A stretch of 64,000 nucleotides of DNA, taken from Selaginella moellendorffii. Lineage: Eukaryota; Plantae; Lycopodiophyta. Made by a program: the position numbers and the translations under genes. Location: positions 538,774 to 602,773 of the forward strand of contig NW_003314264.1 of NCBI RefSeq assembly GCF_000143415.4, given 5' to 3'. Below, one piece after another: positions 55,472-64,000 of this stretch. Under the pieces are notes generated by a model. It had not been told where the DNA came from. It made no database searches and saw only the letters and a program-made list of their open reading frames with translations. How positions within the stretch are numbered: position 1 is the stretch's first letter; every line of letters begins with the position of its first letter.

Positions 55472-57100
55472 CTATAATTTTTCCAAAACTCCTTGCTTCA
55501 TTGGTATTGCTGTAGGCAAGGCACTCTCGATGTAAAGTGGTAGATCTACACCTATAACATCAGCCATTGCACACTCCATTGTTAGATCCAAATGAAGTAG
55601 ATATTGTTTATCCAAGTTGAGTCCCTCCCGATGCATAAAATGCCTAGTTTTGAACAGTGCCATGAGCCAAAAACAACAAAATAGATTTAAAGAAATTGTT
55701 CTATTTTTGTTCTAAAGATTACCTCTGACAAAGTTGCACCTTCGACATTGGAGAGAAATGGTCCAGGAAGGTTTTCAATATCTTTTCCACCAACAGCCGG
55801 CATAATCCTACAAAAATACAATTAATAAAGAATTCTGTAACATTACCAAAATTCTTACCCAAACTCTCGTTCCATCGGTTGAAATAAGTTTGCAGGAATA
55901 TGAGATGGTCTAAAGTAATCACCACATTGATACAGACGGACCTCATGGGCGTTCCAAGTTGCAACCCAATGTGAAACTTCTTGAGGTACGGAGCAAAGCC
56001 ACAACATAGACTCTGGTCGTGTTATGGATTAGATACATCAAGAATTCCTATATCTTCCATGGACTCAAAAAGGTGCTTATAAAACCACAGCACGCGCTCA
56101 AAGAGCTCTCTCCACAAATGCTTTATGTGCTGTAAAACAAATTTGATTTAGTCCTTATTTGGAAAAACTCTAATGCTGTGAGTACCTGGTTACATGTTGA
56201 TGTCCCACATATAAAGCTCCTAGCTGTAGGACCCCAACAGCGGACCATGTCCCTCTTAACCTCATTGTGTTCTGGAGCATTGTCGCTTCGGATGTGCTTG
56301 GGCCTTGCAAATCGACGAACAGCCTGTGCATATGTGTTGAATATTGCATGGGATTTTTTGGAGGTAGCTAGCTCGCAAGCTACAATATATGAGTTGCCTA
56401 GCAAATAATGGCATATACATAGAAACCATAGCTTACAAGCTTGCAATATGCTACAATAAGCATGTTACCACATGTGCTAACAAAAAAGCAGAAATGAAAA
56501 AATACTCACAATCCATATGGCAAAGTGCATATGCCTCCTCGTTCCTATAAATCCGTTGTCAAATCCTTGTCATGTGCCTCTGTTCCAGCCTTATGGGATC
56601 GTGAGTGGCTAAAGCCTCACAAATTTGGCATCGGCTAAACTGGTATCCTCCAGTTCAACAGCTAGATTGGGAATTGATAATCCCCCAGTTTGTGCCACCT
56701 TAATTCATGGCATTGTTAGTTCGAACGTGATGAAGTATCTCTTCGAGTGGTACTTTGTAATATACACCTCTCCAATTTAAATCAACAAGCCACATGTATT
56801 TGTATAGTGTTGGCTTAGAAATTCTAAGATAGCATGCGAGGTAAGTAGTAGTCTTAGTCTTGAGGATCTTCAGGTGCATCCAAGTACCAAATGCAGCTGG
56901 ACTACCGAATCCCCTTAATTGCAAAAAATTATAGAAAGCCTAGAAACATGCAAATCATGAATTTAGGAAGCTAGAAACTAAGCAAACCTTTGGGAGAGCA
57001 TCATTGTCACTATCCATATTGGAACCGCAGTCCGGATTACTAAAATTGGATGGAAGGCTATCCATATTATCTTCCTCCACGTCTTCTAGTAACCTGGAAG
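55472..57100 (-). mobile_element. Decayed intron-containing DDE transposase (integrase-core, IS3-like eukaryotic type)
   Basis: YIVACELATSKKSHAIFNTYAQAVRRFARPKHIRSDNAPEH..SFICGTSTCNQ followed after an intron by LWRELFE, matching the RSD..G.S..NQRIERLWR signature; stops and frameshifts present. Confidence 0.65.
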
Positions 57101-59516
57101 AAAAATTTTCAGTGACAAAAATTTGAAGTAAACTAGAGAGGGAACTATACTCATGGTAAAAACTTGAAAGTCCATAGAGAGCAATCGAGTAGTAAATCAA
57201 AGCCACTTCCAACACTGCCCACAAAAACATTTGAAACCAATCACTAGCAAACCAAGTTACCTTCCACATGTGCTACCAAGAAACATGCCAAATAACAAAG
57301 CACTAAAGCAGGGCGCTAAAACAAGGAAGCATCTCTTAAACCCTATGACCTAATGAATCCCTATGTCATGGGGTCAAACTTGATGATATGTGGCATCTAT
57401 ATATAAAACATTGTTCATATTATGGGGACATCATCAACCCATCGGGCCAGCATCCATGGGGTATCCATGAGGGATCCAAATGACATTTAATGCCAAACCA
57501 ATAGAAAAACTACCACATGGACAATGTATTGTGAGTGAAATCTACCACAGTAACACTCACCCTTTTACAAATTGCATGCCATAGCTTGTTTAAGTAGCTT
57601 CTATGTATAGGTATGCTCATCCCTCTAGATGTTGTGAATAAAGGGTATTCCTGCCACCAAAGTAGAGAATGTGGCAGCCACCAATGCCATCCTATCTTAC
57701 CACTCTTAGAGTCAAGCCAAGTGGCTTCAGTCACATTATTTCAATTTAAGTTTTTTATTTTTTTTGCTATTTTGTAAGAGCTGCTCTCTTTCTTTAGAGT
57801 GTTAGATGGAGACTCTTCACATGGTATTAGAGGCATAGTGCTTTAGACATTAGTGTCATCTCTATCCTCTTGGAGAAATGGAGCAATGAATTTTCTTGTT
57901 GCAGAATTCTGGTTTGTGAGGTGGGGATTTTGGCTTGTGGTGTTTGATAAAAGTTGATAAAGGTTTGTGGGTTTATTTTTTATTGCTTGGCTTGTTGCCA
58001 CACATTGCCATTTACAGTTGCATTGTGTGGCAAAATCATCTATACTAACAACAAAATCAGTTTTCATTTTCTATAGCAACAATTATACAATGCATATATG
58101 TGGTGAGTGTAAGCAATTTTGAGTTTGAGTGTAAGCAATCTTGAGTTTGAGCTTTTATTACTACAAGTGGTTTTTAGGATTGCATATTTGAGACTTTTCC
58201 TTTTTGTTTCATACTTTTTAATTTTTTTTTCCTTCCCTTTATTTTTATTTTATTTCTTTTTACATTTACTTCCATCACTTTGGTGTTCCCATCAATTTTT
58301 TTGTTCAATATTTCTATTTTGCTCCTTTATTTCTCAATCCCTCCAACAATCTTTATATTATAGCGATTGACTAGCTCAAGAAAGAGTATTCTAATGGAGA
58401 AGGGAGAAAAAGACAAGCTCGAGGATTCAAGCTTAGGAAAGTAAACTTGAGAGGTTCAAGGTTAGGACTGTATTCCTAACCTTGACGTGAGCAGTAGCGA
58501 CTATAAAAGTAGGACTTAGAATGTTTTTAGACTTATCCCTAATACAAAATACATTGCAATACATCATCATTCTGCCTATCTCTTTGGCTTTTCACAGCAA
58601 TGTCTTACTTACCCACCGCCTTTAAGGGATCAAAGGCGTGGGACTAACACCTTCAAGCACATGTTCACAGTCTCTACTTGGCTTGGCTCAAGCAGGTAAG
58701 TGCATTCATTTTGTAGTGTAGTTTTAGATTTAGGGACTAGATTAGATTTGAATCTCCTAGGAAGATCTCGTGTGGACGTTTTCCTCCCAGTCCAGAGAGT
58801 CCAGGAGTTTTCACTGGCGACCACGGTGGGATAGAGCAGATCAAGACGATCATTTTCCCCAAAACTTCAAGGAAAACGGACCAAAGACGCTCAAGAAAAT
58901 GGCATAGGAAGAAAAAGCCCCAAAAATCAAGAAAAACAAGACCGTAAAACAAAAACGGTGGAAGAGCATGAAGGAATGAAGAAAAAAATGGAGCGTAAGA
59001 CCAAAAGATGAAGAACACTTGAAGATTGAAGCCACCCAAGTCGTGGAAAACTTGGAGCGTACGCGTAACTGTTTTTGGCGAGAGGTTGAAGAAAGCGAAT
59101 ATTCCAAGAATCTGCGAGAAGGAAACGACCAAGGGAAAATTCTAGCGGCTGGAGATGGAGGAAGAATGAAAAAGCACTACTGCCCATTTGGAGACACAAG
59201 CTGTACAAGATACGAAGACTGCCTTTTGTGTGGTTTCAGAAATTGTGCAAAACCGTACAAGCAATGCTATCCAAAATGACGATGTGACACTTGCAAGCAA
59301 GCAAAAGCTAGACTTCGAATCAAGGATGAAAATGCCATAGCGGAGGAGAGAAGAAAACGAGAAGAAATAGCCCAAGAAAATGACACTAAAAAGAGAGACG
59401 ATAGTTTAGAACAAGCAGCGAAACAAAGCTTTAGTTGCTTACAAAAACTTCAAGAAACGATTCTGCGACTCTTCTACAAATTGTCTAGCAGATAGGAAGG
59501 ATGCAAAAATGAGGAA

Positions 59517-60368
59517 ATGTTGAAAGAAAAATATGTTTACTTCGATTTCTTTGCAACTCGAAGAATCCTGACTTGGGTGTATCGCGGACACCTCTTTCAA
59601 CAAACAATTGTCGAATTCCTAGGCATACACAAACATGAAACTTTTCAACCATTAACGCTTGCTTTCAACACTGATTTGACGAGAGTCATAGTAGCAACAG
59701 AGTGTGGAACCTTTGAACCACAAGTTCGTTGGTTTGTGGACACTCTTAGATTTAGAGATTTCGAAGAGAACGCGGAATTACTTTACCGACTTCTTCAAAG
59801 TCCTCTTCGTGTAACGCTACCAACAAGCACTCTTATCGAACTATATACTATAGCATATTGGCACCGTTTAGGATGGACGAGAATAGCTGGGGAATTAAGA
59901 AATCAAGGACAAGGCCATCAACAAAATCGAATTCGGAATTCGAGATTAAGAAACCGACGGGACCGTGAACTTGAGACAAGTTCAAGCGAACGACTTGGAA
60001 ACTCGAGGATAACAAGTCGAAGGAGGAGAAATTTAAGACAGGATCACAATAGGCCAAGATTAAATACAGTACCGAACTTCAACTTTGACACTGAGGTCCA
60101 ACGCCGAAACCCCAGCCTAGAGCAACATATCACTCGCAACCAACAAGGAAGAGTGCGTCCAAGCAGTCTCAACATTTTGAGGAGTATTTTAGGAGATCCT
60201 GCATCAAGGATTCAAACTTATAATGCAAGAGTGTTAATTGAGACTATCCCTTGGGAAGTTCGTGAAGCGATTGACTCTGATCGTGAAAGAGAACGTGCTA
60301 TACGACTGAGGGAAGTAGAACACCACCGGCAAGAACAGCATCAGGGAAATGCACCATCACGAAATTGA
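59517..60368 (+). CDS. Extra ORF (283 aa, Arg-rich C-half) upstream of gag inside the LTR element; function unknown
   Basis: Uninterrupted ATG-initiated ORF between the PBS and gag. Confidence 0.45.
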   Translation: MLKEKYVYFDFFATRRILTWVYRGHLFQQTIVEFLGIHKHETFQPLTLAFNTDLTRVIVATECGTFEPQVRWFVDTLRFRDFEENAELLYRLLQSPLRVTLPTSTLIELYTIAYWHRLGWTRIAGELRNQGQGHQQNRIRNSRLRNRRDRELETSSSERLGNSRITSRRRRNLRQDHNRPRLNTVPNFNFDTEVQRRNPSLEQHITRNQQGRVRPSSLNILRSILGDPASRIQTYNARVLIETIPWEVREAIDSDRERERAIRLREVEHHRQEQHQGNAPSRN

Positions 60369-60884
60369 TCATAGAGAAAATTGCGCTGGATAAACCCGCG
60401 CACACATAGGCTTAAAGCAGCAAGAATCTGTTGGAAACTATATTGTGACGTGTGAACGTCATTAGAGACTAGAAACATACGAGAATTAGGACATTAAAAT
60501 ACAACTACTGCTGTATTCAGCATTTTCAAATACTACCAACGACTGGGAAACACAAACACTCATAGTGAGAGCTCGCATTCCAGTACGACCAAGATATTGT
60601 AAGAGACCAAAACAATTGTTCAAGAATTTAGATAAGATTGCACTCCTAAAGAGAGTTGCAATCGTTTGCATACCTGCTCGATCCCAAACTTGGAGAGCAG
60701 CACCAAATATCACTAGCAAACAGCTATATCGATCAATTTATGACACAACCAACCTCCTTCCACAAACAAAATCGTACTTACATACACCACCAGATTTTTC
60801 AAATACAAGACCTTTTCTGAGCTAGATACAGGAAAGTGACCTCGAAAAGAAACTCGGGAAGAATCGAGAAAGAAAAACTCGATT

Positions 60885-61027
60885 GAAGACTCAAGACACA
60901 AGAGCTTGACTTCGTATTTATACAACAAAATCACACTTGCAGAAGACTCAAGACACAAGAGCTTGACTTCGTATTTATACAACAAAACCAAACTTGCAAC
61001 AGACTCAAGACGTAAGAGCTTGACTTT
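60885..61027 (+). repeat. 57-bp tandem repeat x~2.5 in the element leader
   Basis: GAAGACTCAAGACACAAGAGCTTGACTTCGTATTTATACAACAAAA units at ~60885 and ~60942, partial at ~61000. Confidence 0.85.
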
Positions 61028-61106
61028 GCAATCTATGAAGAACAACATTTGACTCAAGACAATTTAGGCAACACATAAATTCAGGAAACTTACCTCAACA
61101 TTCACG

Positions 61107-63500
61107 TTGAGAAGACTCAGCAAATTGAATGACAAACGCAAACCAGACCCAATCAAGATCCGGGAAAGAGATCTTCGACAAAAGAATCGAGAAGTGAAAA
61201 AGGAAGGGATAGAAAAAGAGAAATTAGAACAACAACAGCAACAAATTTTAGAAACGATATTAGAGAAGTACGACAAGGAGGATAAAGAGATTCAAGTTGC
61301 CGAGTCGAGCAACCCAGTTAAAGATAACAAAGAACTAAATATCGAAGACGCCCTAGAGTTTGAGGCATTTGAAGAAGCAGAATACATAGCACCAAAGTTT
61401 TACTTAAATCCAGACTCACCAGAACAACAATTTCACCAACAAAGTCTACAACTTCAAATGGCAATCATCAACCTAGCGACAGCCATAGGGAACATGATTT
61501 CCTATCCCATTTTTACTGGTGGAAAAACCGAAGATGCAAACCAGCATCTTAAACAATTTGATCAAATTGTAAAGATGAACAAACAGGAAGTGCATCGAGA
61601 AATACTTTTCCCATACACACTTAAAGGAAAAGCACTCGATTGGCATAATACACTCGATGATGCTTTGACCCATGATGAAAAGGTCACACAATTCAAGGAG
61701 CAATTCCAGACCGGTGGAACTCCAGAAGAACACTATGAGATCATCAAAAACTTCAAGCAAAAATCACGTGAAGGAATTCAAGATTACACTCGACGATTTA
61801 AGTTTCATGCAAAGCACTGCAAGGATTTGATAACAGATAAAGGAAAGAGCTTATCCTATATCCAAGGACTCAAAGAAATCTATAGAAACATGGTAGCAAT
61901 TGCTGCTGCAACAGAGAATCCAGATGATGAAAGTGTTGATACACTCTCCAAAGAAATCCTCACATTGGAAAAGAGATTCAAGCAATTCACAAAAGCTATA
62001 CCTTCACAAACCGATGACGGTTCAGATGATGAAGAAGAGGAAGAAATACGCATTAAGACAAAGAAGAAAACACCAAAAGACCAAGACTTGAAGGATATAA
62101 TCAGGAAAATCTCACAAACCGAACTCAAAGCAGGAGTGTGGTGTACAAAGTNNNNNNNNNNNNNNNNNNNNNNNNNNNNNNNNNNNNNNNNNNNNNNNNN
62201 NNNNNNNNNNNNNNNNNNNNNNNNNNNNNNNNNNNNNNNNNNNNNNNNNNNNNNNNNNNNNNNNNNNNNNNNNNNNNNNNNNNNNNNNNNNNNNNNNNNN
62301 NNNNNNNNNNNNNNNNNNNNNNNNNNNNNNNNNNNNNNNNNNNNNNNNNNNNNNNNNNNNNNNNNNNNNNNNNNNNNNNNNNNNNNNNNNNNNNNNNNNN
62401 NNNNNNNNNNNNNNNNNNNNNNNNNNNNNAATAGCAACTACAATAGAATACCCCCTCAAGATCAAAGACCAAACAACTATCCTGGAAATTATGGAAGAAA
62501 CTACAATACATATCAGCAACGTGATGACAACTACCAATGTCCTCCCCCACGAAATTACAATTATGATCAAGAACCATATCGCAACTATAATCAAAGACCA
62601 CCTCAAGCTCAAGGTTACAATTACAACCAGCGACCTGCACCACAACAAGATAATCGACCTCGGCAACCTTACCAAAATGCAAATCGTGAAAATAACCAAG
62701 TCGTAAACAATCAAGCTCCAAGAGCAAGACCACCTGCAGCACGGAATGTTGAGGTCGAAGTCGAAGACTCACAAACTTATGAAGAACCAGCAATACGAGC
62801 AATCACGAGACAACAATACAAGTATCAACAACCAGATAATTTGGAAGAACAAGATCACGATGATGAACTGGAAATTATCCCAGAAACCGAATGGAAGAAA
62901 AGCAAGAAAATACTTAAAGCAATTCAAGCTGAATTGCAAGCACAAGATCCAGAAACAATCAAAGAACACAACAAACAATCAAACAATCAAGAAACAAGAA
63001 GTTTTACCCAAGAGGAGTTGGCACCTGTTCAGCAGAAAGAAAAGTTTCATGTGGAAGAGCAAGCTGAAGCAAGGTTGAAGCAAAACCTGGTGGAAGATGA
63101 ACAGCCTGATCAGATTGAGCAACCAGCAGAAGAAGACGAAGACCTGCAGTGGCTAAAGGTGTTTCAGACGCAGGAACTTGAGGTGGTGCTTCCGAAGTTT
63201 TGTGAGCAGACAGAGCAGAAGAAAAATTCAATGCCAGAGTTTGACGTGGAACAGGCAGTAGCTGGTCAAGCTGGCTTGGAGCAGAAAGCTGTTGTGAAGA
63301 AGAAAGAAGAAGATGTTAGACAACAAAGAGGTGTAGAAGTTCATAACCTTGTGGAGCAGCCATCAAGAGGAGCCGTATACCCAGGCCAAAGTTTGAACTT
63401 GAAGGTGGCTGGTTTGAAGTTGCTGAAGAGACGAGGAAGTGTGTTTCTCAAGTTCTGGTGGGACAGAGGCAAGCTGGTTTCATCCTTTGTAGCTCTGTAG
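61107..63500 (+). CDS. gag: Retrotransposon Gag (spans an N gap; start codon uncertain)
   Basis: PIFTGGKTEDANQHLKQF, FPYTLKGKALDWHNTL, FKQKSREGIQDYTRRF, GVWCTK (start of a zinc knuckle), N/Q/P/Y-rich region, AITRQQ. Confidence 0.85.
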   Translation: MRRLSKLNDKRKPDPIKIRERDLRQKNREVKKEGIEKEKLEQQQQQILETILEKYDKEDKEIQVAESSNPVKDNKELNIEDALEFEAFEEAEYIAPKFYLNPDSPEQQFHQQSLQLQMAIINLATAIGNMISYPIFTGGKTEDANQHLKQFDQIVKMNKQEVHREILFPYTLKGKALDWHNTLDDALTHDEKVTQFKEQFQTGGTPEEHYEIIKNFKQKSREGIQDYTRRFKFHAKHCKDLITDKGKSLSYIQGLKEIYRNMVAIAAATENPDDESVDTLSKEILTLEKRFKQFTKAIPSQTDDGSDDEEEEEIRIKTKKKTPKDQDLKDIIRKISQTELKAGVWCTKXXXXXXXXXXXXXXXXXXXXXXXXXXXXXXXXXXXXXXXXXXXXXXXXXXXXXXXXXXXXXXXXXXXXXXXXXXXXXXXXXXXXXXXXXXXXXNSNYNRIPPQDQRPNNYPGNYGRNYNTYQQRDDNYQCPPPRNYNYDQEPYRNYNQRPPQAQGYNYNQRPAPQQDNRPRQPYQNANRENNQVVNNQAPRARPPAARNVEVEVEDSQTYEEPAIRAITRQQYKYQQPDNLEEQDHDDELEIIPETEWKKSKKILKAIQAELQAQDPETIKEHNKQSNNQETRSFTQEELAPVQQKEKFHVEEQAEARLKQNLVEDEQPDQIEQPAEEDEDLQWLKVFQTQELEVVLPKFCEQTEQKKNSMPEFDVEQAVAGQAGLEQKAVVKKKEEDVRQQRGVEVHNLVEQPSRGAVYPGQSLNLKVAGLKLLKRRGSVFLKFWWDRGKLVSSFVAL
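62152..62429. other. Assembly gap (N run)
   Basis: Run of n. Confidence 1.
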
Positions 63501-64000
63501 GAGTAGAGGAAGTAAGTAGGAAAGCAGCAAAACTGAAAGCCGTCCAGGAGAAGTTGTGGCTGTTTCAAGTCGGATGTTTAAAGTTTCGAGAAGAGGCGTT
63601 TGTGCAACTGATCTCAGGAAGAAGCTGGTCAAATTCAGATCACAAGACTTTGAGGAAGCAGCTCAGACTTATGAAGAGGAGGAAGAGGAGGAGGAACCGC
63701 ATGAGGGAGCAGCTACCCACGATGCAGCAATGGAGCAGTGACTGCGGGATGCAGCACAAGGCAGTTGTGGGAGAGTGGAGAAGGGAGAAAAAGACAAGCT
63801 CGAGGATTCAAGCTTAGGAAAGTAAACTTGAGAGGTTCAAGGTTAGGACTGTATTCCTAACCTTGACGTGAGCAGTAGCGACTATAAAAGTAGGACTTAG
63901 AATGTTTTTAGACTTATCCCTAATACAAAATACATTGCAATACATGGACATTCTGCCTATCACTTTGGCTATTCACAGCAATGTCTTACTTACCCACCGC

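Larger units (their letters stand above)
58395..64000 (+). mobile_element. Non-autonomous (gag-only) LTR retrotransposon, probably of non-chromovirus Ty3/gypsy origin; 3' LTR runs off the window
   Basis: 5' LTR 58395-58813 (TG..CA) recurs from 63776 (5 mismatches over the ~225 bp visible); PBS TGGCGACCACGGTGGGA at 58815; purine tract GGGAGAG before 63776; gag ORF with no pol. Confidence 0.85.

Noticed and set aside
60885-61027. CRISPR-like array
   Set aside because: Contiguous tandem units without unique spacers, in a eukaryotic retroelement leader.

Overview
Eukaryotic land-plant DNA. The gene density, 45-100 nt introns, telo-box promoters and N-gapped scaffold are most consistent with a Selaginella-type lycophyte (inference). 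Bases 1-44.9 kb form a compact, gene-rich block: METTL4-like MT-A70, DUF26 cysteine-rich receptor kinase, WDR7-like WD40, a COX23-like twin-CX9C gene that the ORF track only partly shows, ILR1-like amidohydrolase, SEC14, R2R3-MYB, a shuffled F-box/metallophosphoesterase duplication, a cis-prenyltransferase pseudogene, tRNA-Ser, biotin carboxylase, an LHP1/HP1-like gene, NAA38/MAK31-like LSm, CesA, OST48/DGL1, pTAC5, a secreted knottin-like peptide, DUF2358/SnoaL, anthranilate synthase beta and tRNA-Thr. Bases 44.9-64 kb are an accessory/mobile island: a HECT-like remnant, a complete Cassandra-type TRIM carrying 5S-rRNA sequence, an RNase-H1-N (viroplasmin) pseudogene, an apparently intact 6-exon ~729 aa Crinkler/CR-like coiled-coil + P-loop NTPase + restriction-endonuclease-like gene, a decayed intron-containing DDE integrase, and a gag-only LTR retrotransposon. 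The most notable observations are two candidate dicistronic small-ORF/large-ORF pairs (COX23-WDR7 with a 21-nt in-frame spacer; NAA38-LHP1-like), the CR-type NTPase-nuclease gene, and the Cassandra element.
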